From the NCBI RefSeq assembly GCF_006345805.1, contig NC_043008.1, forward strand, positions 8,122,001 to 8,186,000: DNA of 64,000 nucleotides, given 5' to 3'. Made by a program: the position numbers and the translations under genes. Under the pieces are notes generated by a model, which worked only from the letters and a program-made list of their open reading frames with translations, was not told the origin of the DNA and searched no databases. Below are positions 12,980 to 24,658 of the stretch, piece after piece. The first letter of the stretch is position 1. Every line of letters begins with the position of its first letter. Source of the stretch: Octopus sinensis (lineage: Eukaryota).

Positions 12980-12993
12980 TCTCCCTTTCTCTT

Positions 12994-13028
<35 letters not shown>

Positions 13029-13040
13029 ATCTATATATAT

Positions 13041-13096
<56 letters not shown>

Positions 13097-13238
13097 ACAC
13101 ACACACATATATATATAAATATATCACAGTGTACCCTTTTCTTCTCTCACACTTTTGTCCGTCCTTGTCATACGTTTATTGTTATCTCTGTATTTCTGTA
13201 TTTCTGTTTCAATACTAGTACAGTTATCTCCCTTTCTC

Positions 13239-13276
<38 letters not shown>

Positions 13277-13456
13277 ATCTATATATATCACATATATATA
13301 TATATATATCACACACACACACATATATATATAAATATATCACAGTGTACCCTTTTCTTCTCTCACACTTTTGTCCGTCCTTGTCATACGTTTATTGTTA
13401 TCTCTGTATTTCTGTATTTCTGTTTCAATACTAGTACAGTTATCTCCCTTTCTCTT
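12980..13456 (+). repeat. Tandem duplication (units of about 247 and 216 bp) containing CT/TA/CA microsatellites
   Basis: The unique core 13117-13240 is identical to 13333-13456. Confidence 0.9.
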
Positions 13457-14002
13457 CCTCTGCTCTCACCTTTCTCCTTTTATCTAACGCATTAAATAAA
13501 CACTTTTATTCAGACATTATGGTAATTCTTTCCTACTCAATCTTTGTGTATCTAATTCAAGAGCAACACTGCTTAAGTACATGAATATGCACCCTCACTC
13601 ACATTCACGCCCTCATTCTAACACACGAACAATAACATTCACACACACACACATACATAGATACACACACACAAAGACAAACACACGCACATATATAAAT
13701 ACATAAACGTGCATTTATTTTTTTACATAGTTACCTATGAACATAATTACCAAGTAATGCTCACATTTCGTCCGTTCCTGTTAATATGTCTTCCTGTCTT
13801 TGGAATTTGTCTTTCCTTTTCCCTATGTCCCCTTTCCTTTACTAAATGATCTATGTATAAAATGCTATGCATTCTTTATATTTCAAATGTGTGATTGTGT
13901 GTAGCTATGTTCTCCTTCGAATAAGTCATTTTTTTTTCATCGCATTTTACATTTTATAGTTTTCCATAATTCCTCATTGCTTTACTGATAGTACACCATA
14001 CA

Positions 14003-14384
14003 AGGTAGCGATCTGGCAGCGACGTTGGCACGCCGGGCGAAATGATTTGCGGTATTTCGTCTGCCGTTACGTTCTGAGTTCAAATTCCGCCGAGGTCGAC
14101 TTTGCCTTTCATCCTTTCGGGGTCAATAAATTAAGTACGAGTTATGTACTGGAGGAGATATAATCGACTTAATCCGTTTGTCTGTCCTTGTTTGTCCCCT
14201 CTGTGTTTAGCCCATTGTGGGTAGTAAAGAAATAGGTAATTCGTTTTTCTTTACGCCGAGATCGACTTTGCCTTTCATCCTTTCGGGGTCGATAAATTGA
14301 GTCCCAGTTACGTACTGGGGTCGATCTAATGGACTGGACCCCTCCCCAAAAATTTCGGGCCGTGGGCCTTGAGTAGAAAATATT
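14003..14384 (+). mobile_element. tRNA-derived SINE, family B, dimeric (head-body-tailA-body-tailB)
   Basis: B-box GAGTTCAAATTCC. The motif CGAGGTCGACTTTGCCTTTCATCCTTTCGGGGTC occurs twice (about 14090 and 14258). Confidence 0.9.
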
Positions 14385-15699
14385 GTACTCCATATATTGT
14401 CTACCAGTGAACTAATGTGAACGATATACTGTGGAATTGTCTCAGTTTACCTGCCCATTCTGTTGTCTCTTTTGCCTATAATGCGTATCATACATTTCTC
14501 ATTGTTGTCTCTCGCTGAATAAGGCTTGCTGTTCTTCCGAAATCTCTCTCTCTTTTAATTCCTATTCTTCTGAAGCAATCCTGACAGTTTTCGCCTTTTC
14601 GGTATTTTGCCAGAAACACAAAATTAAATCAGATATGATAAATGAAAATCGAACCATAGTACTGATTTTACGCAAAAATATACATCCACAGAAGGTATAT
14701 ATACATGTACGTCCATGCTGCTTCTTTTTTACTTTTGACTTCGGAAAAACCAGAATGCTACTCAGAATCACCACTTAGAAAAAAGGAAGACAGTAACCTC
14801 AGGAAAATCCAGTCGTTACCTTATGGAAATCCAGCGACCGACGTGGCCAGGTTTTCAAAAGCAGTATTCACATACAAATATAGACGCACATAAATGCATA
14901 AATATGCCCAGAATGAAACTGCTGGTTACAAAAATAATTGTAAATAAACGTGCTTAACACACACAAATACACGTACCGGTAGTCATTCATTTTCGTAGAG
15001 GGTAAGCTCTTAGCAAGCCTGGGGAATTTGAATTAGCGAGTATTGAATCATGCAATTAGATATTCTAAGTTATTAGGTATTGGTTTTTCCCAAATGTAAT
15101 GATAAGTACCTACCAACAACTTTTAAGTATTCTACAGACCAACTGGAATGTTCGCTAAGGGTAAATTTACATGAGTAATGCGATATCGTGCGCAAATTAT
15201 AGGACAATGGTTTATATTCATTACTTACGGATATAGTTATATCTTCGAACAGATTATGTCGCAGTTTTATAGATTATTTTAATTATATCATGTTTACTGA
15301 ACAAACTACTTCTCAAGATAAAGCATGTTTTGTAATTATCAAAAAACTGTACCGACCTGAGAACTTTTTTCTCCATCTCATTCACGCTATAACAGGACGG
15401 CTACGATGCGAGGAAAGCCAAATGTTGTTTCCATACTTCTAAACCTTTCATAGGGTTCACCTTATGATAATTGCATTCCTCTAGCATATCCATACAAAGT
15501 TGTAATTTTAGATTCTGTAAATGAGATGTGACTAATAAATCAACTTAATTCAGAGGTGCGGTCACTATGTTTATACGAAGGCATTATTCCTCAATAAAAA
15601 TTCAAGTTTGTTACTTTATCGGAAGTCTTGAGGCTTCAGTATTATTGACAGACTTGTAGATATATTATCTTTCCAGAAGTATATCAGGTGATCTAATCT

Positions 15700-16400
15700 T
15701 TATTATCTGTTTATTTTATAAACTGTGAGACAAATTCTCACGTGTAATAAATAATTGTTATTGCGGATTGATCTATTGGCTGAAATACACCGCCGGTATG
15801 TGGAGGAACACAAATCCCACAACCATTTATCGTAATACTTTATCGAACTCTATACTATCACTACGTAAAACGATAAATTACTCCGAGCATAATATACTTC
15901 AATAGCTACAATAATCAGAGCTTTAGTGACATTAGCATTGCCTTAGGCAACCCTTTGAAAATTCTAGGATTTTCACAGAGATATATTAACATTGGTTTCA
16001 GCTTAAATTCCATCCTAACAAGCAGCGTCAATCTGATTTCTTTACTTGCGCTCATCCGCAATTTCGTTTTCAGATCATCCTTCTATACAGCATTAAAATC
16101 AAATCTTACAGCATTAAAACCTGTGGTGCAATTGCTACATCTAGAATCTCCAGGAAAATTTGGAATTCGTTATCTGCTCAAGTTTATGATGCGCAGATCT
16201 CTACTGTTTAGTAAATTTTCAAACATATATTTCATGCCTAAAGTGATGGACAACTATTAGCCTGTTGTTCTAAATATTTTGAGCCTCCGTATGAACAGGA
16301 CTCACGGTGACACGTTTTGGAGTTTATCATCAATTCATATTTTTTATTGAAGGCTATTCTCTATCTTTATATCTCGTTAATGACCATAATAGAAAAGAAC
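15700..16400 (-). mobile_element. Tigger/pogo DDE transposase remnant
   Basis: The minus strand gives RLTLLVRMEFKLKPMLIYLCENPRIFKGLPKAML (about 16035-15935) and a frameshifted VF....GVFQPIDQSAI (about 15810-15760). These match Tigger RLTLLL..N..GDFKLKPLLIY.SENPRALK and SLIQPMDQGVI. Confidence 0.8.
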
Positions 16401-17251
16401 TATTTCCTGAATTTTCTCTCCGTTCTTTAATTACCTTTCTTCTCAATAACACTGGGGAACTTGACTTTTGGAGTCTGGATTGGAAACATGTTTCTAAGTA
16501 ATTTTGTTCTACTTATTTCATAAAACAAAATTTGTTGCTCTATTACTTCAAGATTTTTCACAACCTCAAATGTCCTCTTTTAAATATTTCCGGTACTGTC
16601 AACTTTTTAAAGCACAGACGTAGTTTCATCCAATGTAAACGCATGTAAGGAGCTTCACATACATTTGAAACAATAAGTTTTGAATATTATTTAAAGTAAA
16701 TGCGACTACAAATGTGAAAACAAACATGATTTCAGCATCTTCAGTAAATATGTACCACGAAACTCGACCAACGTCCCCTATTTTCAATCTAAACAGTTCA
16801 AAATGATATGATGATGATAGAAGTCCCCTTTATACAATTATATATGTATAAGCAATACGCTTCTGTGATCCTTGGCTTCATACATGTGTCATATTTGTGC
16901 AATGTGTCTGCAGATGCCCACACTCTGCTTTATGTAATGTTATTACCATTGGAAACCATACAAGGTATGTTTTTTTTAACCTTTAACAATTTCTTGGGAA
17001 AACTAGTATTTTGAATGCACCCTTAATGTTTGATCTTGTGGTTGAACTGTATCAGAAAACTTCTTGTCAAGCATTCTCAAAGAACCAAAGGACTGTGTAA
17101 AGACGTGTGTAAAACCTTCATGTCATGTATACTGTTTAGGCATCGCAAATCTGCATTTGTTTACTGTACAACTGCTAGCAACTGGCTTGATTATATACAT
17201 TACCTTAATCAACTTGGTGTGAAACTTAGTGTTTAAACCAGTTTGGCCACC

Positions 17252-17283
<32 letters not shown>

Positions 17284-17285
<2 letters not shown>

Positions 17286-17483
17286 AAATGCGACCGCGTG
17301 TGTACCGTTGGCGATCATTTTTCCTCTGTCTTCCCTTCTCTGGATCTTTCTTTCTCCTATGTTTCCGACGAAGAGCTCCGATCGAAACGTTAAACCCTCC
17401 TTCTTTCCTGACCGTCCAATAATACTATATTTGTTCCACGTTCTCGCGTTGTTGTGTTTTTTTGTGCTTTCTTGTTTGGATTA

Positions 17484-17488
<5 letters not shown>
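17284..17488 (+). mobile_element. (TA)n-embedded Penelope-like terminal fragment
   Basis: Flanked by (TA)n on both sides and contains an HHR-like motif. 17400-17460 matches 29972-30028 in reverse complement. Confidence 0.65.
17361..17395 (+). ncRNA. Minimal hammerhead-like motif, U4C variant
   Basis: GUUU-CCGACGA-AGAGCUCCGAUC-GAAAC-GUU/AAAC. Stem I is GUUU:AAAC, stem III is the palindrome AACGUU, and stem II is imperfect. Confidence 0.55.
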
Positions 17489-17520
<32 letters not shown>

Positions 17521-17639
17521 CAAAATGGGCCAAGAACTCAAAACATTCGGACAACTCGGCGTACGTAGACTTTGTTCTCTTATATATATAAAACATATAT
17601 GGGAACACTGATGCAGCGGCTGTTTCAAATACTTAAACA

Positions 17640-18340
17640 GAAATTGTCCAGCTCTGTTGTGTGAGAAAATTAGGTTTAGTGTGTTTGATGGGCAACAGAA
17701 TATGTGGCTATGCAGGACAAGTAGTTTTGGGTGGCCATGTCTGCCATTGAATAAGAAGCATGGAAAGCTTGTGATGCGGTTGTGTCTGATTTCCTGATAA
17801 ATGAGAATTCATCAAATTAGGAAGACCTTTTGGAAACCAGCTTTCAAGCACAGAGGTGCAGCATGTGTGTAAAAGTGCATTTCTGCACAGTCATCTCGAA
17901 TGCTTCCCTGAAAATCATAGTGCAATATGTGATGCGCAAGGAAGAAAATGCCACCAATACATCGAGGTCATGGAGACAAGGTATCGAGGCAAATGGAACA
18001 CAGACTTGATGGCTGACTAATGGTGGTCTCTGCAATGAGACAGTCGTGTTACTCATGCAAAGCAACGAAGAAAACATCCACTCCTTGAGAAAGAGGAACT
18101 TTGGTTTGACAGACATATCTATCAGAAGATGTCAAATTAAATATTTTGTGCAATATATGTGTTAAACAATAAAAGTATCATTTGGTTTGTGTTAGTTTCT
18201 TATTTCAGTATTGCATTTAATGACAAAATTTAATGGCAAATTTTTGTTAAAAAATGAATTACAGTTTTAGCAAAATCTTTCCATGATAGAATATTCCTGA
18301 AGCATTTACGAAGCCAGCACCACCAAATTAGGTAGGATTA
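17640..18340 (+). mobile_element. CMC/Chapaev3-like DNA transposase C-terminal remnant
   Basis: About 17855-18032 gives GCSMCVKVH/FLHSHLECFPENHSAICDAQG/RKCHQYIEVMETRYRGKWNTDLMAD*WWSL. This matches the GCNMS.KVHFLHSHLD.FPENLGA.SDEQGERFHQDI..ME.RYQG.W...MADYCWSL motif. The superfamily name is from memory. Confidence 0.75.
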
Positions 18341-18358
18341 ATTATATAAAATATAAAA

Positions 18359-18560
18359 AGGCGGCGAAGTGCTTAGCGGCATTTCGTCTGCCGTTATGTT
18401 CTAAGATCAAGTTCCGCGGAGGTCGACTTTGCCTTTCATCCTTTCGGGCTCGAGAAATTAAGTACCAGTTACGCACTGGGGTCGATGTAATCAACTTAAT
18501 CCGTTTGTCTGTCCTTGTTTGTCCCCTCTGTGTTTAGCCCCTTATGGGTAGTAAAGAAAT
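18359..18560 (+). mobile_element. SINE family B, monomer
   Basis: GGCGGCGA...TTCGTCTGCCG...GAGGTCGACTTTGCCTTTCATCCTTTCGGG...GGGTAGTAAAGAAAT. Confidence 0.9.
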
Positions 18561-20835
18561 ATATATATAATATAAACACAAGACCATTAAAATCTGTTTC
18601 AAAATGTTATTATTTGAATTTTTTCCGCAATGTTATTATTTGAACGATAAAAGCTGCTAACAGTAATACTTTGGGGGTAAACAATAAAATTCTGCTGATT
18701 CAGAAAGTAAGCTGTAGAAAAGAAAAAAAAAACCTGCACGCGACAGAAGAAAGCTGACTGTAGTTTTGAAATCCGCATGCCAATTTTAGTTTAAACCAAT
18801 TGAAGAGAGCAAACTCAATAGAATCTATGTTCAAAAGTGTTACCCTGTGAGGAAGACGAATTTTGGACTACAGTTAATTTGTTCATTTTCAAATCCCTGA
18901 TTATTGATGTTGAAATTTGATTTCTGAATACCAATCATCTTTAACTCTATTGAATTAGTGTTATGTGACGTAAGCTTTTTCCCACCTTTAACAACATAAT
19001 TACTTTTATAATTTTACTTATTTTTGTTTTGGCTATAAATAATTAAAAATAATTACAAACGAAGTATCAATTACTTTTATGTTCCTCAAAAGATGGCGCC
19101 ACAAATTAATTAACTCTCATGGCGTCAGCTGCTTTTTTTTTTACATTTTAGTGGAATATTGTTTTAAAAATTTTGCATTAACTTGTAATTTACGATCTAA
19201 AGGCAATGTTTTCTTTCCGTAGATGGAAGGAGTGTTATCAGGTTGCATGATCTGACAATATAGCACGCGCACTCTCACACTGTTTTTTGATCCTGCAGTA
19301 AGAAATACACGTATGCTTACGACACTCACACGTTTACATCGGTGCTGTCATGAAAATGCGCACTTGCACATTGCCATAGGTAAACACGCTCGCTTGCGAA
19401 CATACATATGTGTGCGTCGATACGTATGTAGGAACGTTAAGTATACGTTAAAATAACAGAAACAAAATAATGAAGAAATGCAAAATTCTTTCTCGTAGAT
19501 GTCTTCTGGATAATACAAGTACATAAACACAAGCAATTTATTAGGTTACTTTGTAGAAGAGTAGTTGAAATTTAGATGGAGTTGCTTTCAAAAATAAAGG
19601 TGAAAATATTATTATGCCAAATAACATATCTTGGTAGCAGGAGCGATCGAAGTGAGAAATCCCCAGGATAGAGAAGTGGTTAATTGATCACCAAGGAACG
19701 GCTTTTTTTGATCTATCAATAAGGTACCTTACAGTTTCTACGTGATATATTATATTAACATTGCCAGGCCAGGTGTCCAGTTATAGCTTTTGGTAAATCC
19801 GGTTTGAGATTCGCAATAAGGCTTTGTCCTTACCCTTATGATGCAGAATTAACCATGAGAAAAGCACCAGGCAAGTTTGAGAGTAACGTGTGACTTATAA
19901 CTGCACGTTAATTGCTAATATATTCCGAGTTAGTAAGAATCTAAATGCGTAGACGCAATTCAGTCTGATGTTATATTGTGTTATAATTTCTGAGCAATAT
20001 TTTCTCTAATTGGAATGCAGGCAATCAGTGACGTGGATAATATATTTCTATTAATTCAATAAGGATGCAATTTGCATAGACGTTCTTCAAATTGAACATA
20101 TATCATCAGTGAAAAATTGAAATCTAAATTGAGTTTCGGAAACCAGATAAGTTCCGAAGTTAGTTTTCGAATCAAAAATTGTTAGACGATAATGTACGCT
20201 ACCTGTAGCTTAACAATGAAACAAAGAAGAAAAATTAACAACGCAGGAGGTATGCAATGCATTTTAATTTTCTCAGCAAAATTCTTCGAAAGAGTAATTA
20301 TTCGAAATTCAAATTTTACACAATCAGACTGTGTGTAGTACTTCCAGTAATTTTGTATCAGCAATTGTTTATATAAGTCTGTATAAAAATGTGAGACATT
20401 GACACAAAGATGTTTTATCATGCTGTAGTTCAGATCATTCCAAGGTGATCCTGCAATGAATATCGTATCATATTCCTGCAGCACAAGAAATATATTTTTC
20501 ATTTCAGTCCTTTTATTTTGTTGAGCCCACTTCCTCTTCGTAGACTACTGAGTTAACGACGCACGCCAGGCCTAATGAACACGTATCCTTAATCGAGTTG
20601 CCATTCGGCTTGGCGAAAGTGAGATGCTATCTCCATATAAATATTTTTTCTTTATGTATGGTTACGAAAGAAATATTTCCCTATCTTGGCCAGGATTTGT
20701 TTGACCAACATTGGTCTATAAATATTACGAGAAAAATCTAATTTTTCCGGGATATATTTTCTGGTATGATTCTTGTTTGGTCGATTTGTATGATGCCTGT
20801 TCTTTATAACCCCATTTGACAATGCTCTATTATAG

Positions 20836-21674
20836 TAGATGTTGTTTCATCTTTGGTGGAAGAGAAGCTGGACCCCTACCCTATTGCTCATATAAGGTTT
20901 TAAAGACAATAACAGATGGCAAGACTGCTTATGAACAGACTAAAATACGTTTCCCTTTTATTTGGGTGATCTCTGTAATTAGATATACCTCCCAATAGAT
21001 ACATTTAATATCAAAAAGGTTATGCAATACGACATTGCGTGCGCAATATGAATCGAACTCAAGTTTAATTGATTTTAATCAACAGTTCAGTTTTATACTT
21101 CCTTCGCCAGCTGATAAGGAAAATGAAGAAGACTGTTCACTTTCACAGTAGAATATATCTAAATAATTTTTACTGCATCATTAATTATTAATTCGCAAAT
21201 ATGTGAGCATATTCTGATGCGGAATATATTCTCAAGGGGTTTCGCAGTATTTAAAATTCTAACATAATCCTCGAAATGAAACAAAGAAAGCTGAATCCCA
21301 ACTATCAAACAACACAAAAGCATTTGATACCTAAAATAGAAGTGTATAACTAACTATTGGAAACCCTAACAGACTCGCTATTTTTGCAACTCCCGATATT
21401 TGCAAGAAGTCTCATGTAATCGTTACTAAATTTCAGCTTTTCCTATATCGTCTTTATTTACATGTGTTTCATAAAATATTAATGTATGCACAGAGATACT
21501 TATGTATACACAATGTAGTTAAAAAGTATATGTTGCGTCTTGGAATAATTGTAAATATATATCTAAAAATATATATATATATTTATGTGTGCGTGTGAAT
21601 GTGTGTGTGTACATATGATAATGTGTTCATATGTATTAATATATATAGTTCTATTAATGCTTGTGCATTCATCT
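20836..21674 (+). repeat. 839-bp segment duplicated at 27462-28302
   Basis: Direct repeat at offset 6626. I saw 5 substitutions and one extra TA unit. Confidence 0.95.
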
Positions 21675-21719
21675 ATAAACCCATTTCAGTCTTAATCTAG
21701 GAGCGTATGAAATATCGGT

Positions 21720-22490
21720 TTATGTATATGTGTGTGTACATGCATGTATATATAGTAAGCTTGCATATAATATGTGTATATATACTATATGCAAGCTTAC
21801 TATACACACATGAGCACAGAAAAACTTACTGGCGCACATAGATATGTATATATGTAAGTATATATACATGTGTGTGTGTGTGTATACTGGCACATGTGGA
21901 TATGTATATATGTATATATATATGTATATATATATGTGTGTGTGTGTGTATGTGTGAATGTGTGTGGATGTGTACGTGCGTATGTATGTGCGCACTTATA
22001 TATATATATATATATATATATTATTATATATATATATACGTATGTATGTATGTATGTATGTATAAAGTCATAGTTCTATGAATACTTGCGCATTTATCTG
22101 TAGACCCATTGTGCCTATGTTTATCAGCGTACGAAATAGCTATATCCGCTGACGTATATGTCTTTGAGTATATGTGTATTTTTGAGTGTGTGTGCGTGTG
22201 TGTGTTTGCAAGCTTACAATGCACAAACACACACAGAAACACATAGATATGTATATATGTATGTATATATATACATAGGTAGATATCAGCATTTCTCTTC
22301 GTGGTGTGTATGTACATACATATAGATGCATGGGTGCATCTGTATATTATATGTATGAATGTCTTAGTATACGTATTTGCATATATGTGTATATATGTAC
22401 ATGTATTGTTTGTGTGTGTGTGCATGGCTGTGTGTGTATTAACTATATGTGCATGTTGCCATTATGTATATCTCTGTGATATATAAGAGC
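21720..22490. repeat. Low-complexity TA/TG/CA/TATG region
   Basis: Directly visible. It explains the cluster of C/V/Y/I/H-rich ORFs. Confidence 0.9.
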
Positions 22491-23001
22491 GTCTCTGAAT
22501 TCATGTGTATATGTGTATATATTTACCAACCGATGCCTCTGCTAATGGGTGGTCATTAAGAGTATGGAAGCTTACGCAGTCCATAAATTATAAGGATACA
22601 AAATATAAGATTTTGAAGCATGTTTATAGCTACATATGTATTAAATTCATAAATTCATTTTCGAATCAAATACTTTCTTATTTCTTGTTATAACAAATAT
22701 TTATAATACAAATTTACAAATAAATATAATAAATAAATTGCATATTACACATGCAACTTATTTAACTTAATTTAAGATATGTATTATGGTCTTTCACGCC
22801 GTAAGACTGTCATCAATCTATTTTATAATGAGTGTTACGCACTCTCTGAAAGTTTGGCTCTGTAATCTTAAAATATTGCCTTTTATAAACGATATATTTT
22901 TTCTCTCTTAATTAAACGCATTTAAGATCTCACGCGATAATAATTCACCGACACATTCACATGTTGCGTACTCTGTTTTCCATCTCTGTATATCAATATA
23001 T

Positions 23002-23405
23002 ACTCTTTTACTCTTTTACTTGTTTCAATCATTTGACTGCGGCCATGTTGGAGCACCGCCTTGAATTGAGCAACTCGACCCCGGGACTTATTCTTTGTAA
23101 GCCCAGTACTTATTCTATCGGTCTTTTATGCCGAACCGCTAAGTAACGGGGATGTAAACACACCACTATCGGTTGTCAAGCAATGCTAAAGGGACAAACA
23201 CAGACACACAAACATACACGCACTCATATATATATACATATATTCGACGGGCTTCTTTCAGTTTCCATCTACCAAATCCACTCAGAAGGCTTTAGTCGGC
23301 CCGAGGCTATAGTAGAAGACACTTGCCGAAGGTGCCACGCAGAGGGACTGAACCCGGAAACATGTGGTTGGTAAACAAGCTACTTACCACACAGCCACTC
23401 CTGCG
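23002..23405 (-). mobile_element. SINE family A, full length
   Basis: Same head, core and tail as 10388-10797, in reverse complement. Confidence 0.93.
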
Positions 23406-23937
23406 CCTATATATATGTTTATATATATGTACATATATATATTTTTTCCATGGATGTCTTATATGCCCCAAGATTAGACTATTTACTTTAGTCAGTGCAC
23501 AGTGATCGCTTCTAATTTCAAGCTTATTAAATCATATATATATATTATAGGCACACATATATGCACACAAGAATATATACATATACATCCATATATTTGC
23601 GTATATAAGCATGAATATATGTGGAATTGAGTAGCTCACTCTCCCCACTGGGTCACATAAAATTTAGCTTAAATTTAATTTATATAATCTCAAAATTTTT
23701 GTTGCATACGATTATATATTTTCTTCCATATCTTAATATTAGTATGATGTGTTGAATTTATATCTTATCGTAATTGCGATGGCCTATGCTATACATCGAC
23801 ACATTATATATTATTATAGTTTATTCTAACTAAATTGTCTAAGTAATTACTAGACTTCCTCCCTCAAAATAGCTTCGAACTGTCACCATATATCATATTA
23901 ACAACTTCATCATATAGGTAAGTCAGATGTCTGTGCT

Positions 23938-24165
<228 letters not shown>

Positions 24166-24286
24166 CATGCATATAAATATATTCATGTGTATATGTGTAT
24201 GACTCTGTATGCTTTATGTGTATGATTGTGTATGCTACATGTTTTTTTGCCACTATGTATACTTTTAGTATAAATATCAATATAGT

Positions 24287-24425
24287 CGCAGGCGTGGGTG
24301 TGCGGTAAGAAGCTTGATTCCCAACCATATGGATCCAAGTTCAGTCTCAGCTTCTACTTATAACTTTAAGCCGACCAAATCTTTGTAAGTGAATTTGGTA
24401 GGCGGAAACTGAAAGAAGCCTATCG

Positions 24426-24475
<50 letters not shown>

Positions 24476-24658
24476 TGCATATATATATGCATATTTAGTG
24501 TGTTCGTTTCCCTGTAGATTAGCGGTTCGGCAAAAGTGTCCGATAGAATAAGTACTTGACTTACAAAGAATTAGTCCTGGCGTCGAATTCCGCGGCTAAA
24601 AGCCTTTATGTTGATGCCCCAGCATCACTGCAGTCAAATGTCTGAAATGTAAAAGAAT
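24287..24658 (+). mobile_element. SINE family A, diverged
   Basis: CGCAGGCGTGGGTGTGCGGTAAGAAGCTTG...GAAACTGAAAGAAGCC...GATAGAATAAGTAC...TGTAAAAGAAT. Confidence 0.85.

Noticed and set aside
19090-19240. AAGATGGCG (YY1-like) motif and TTTCCGTAG acceptor
   Set aside because: Isolated short motifs with a weak donor are expected by chance in 64 kb.
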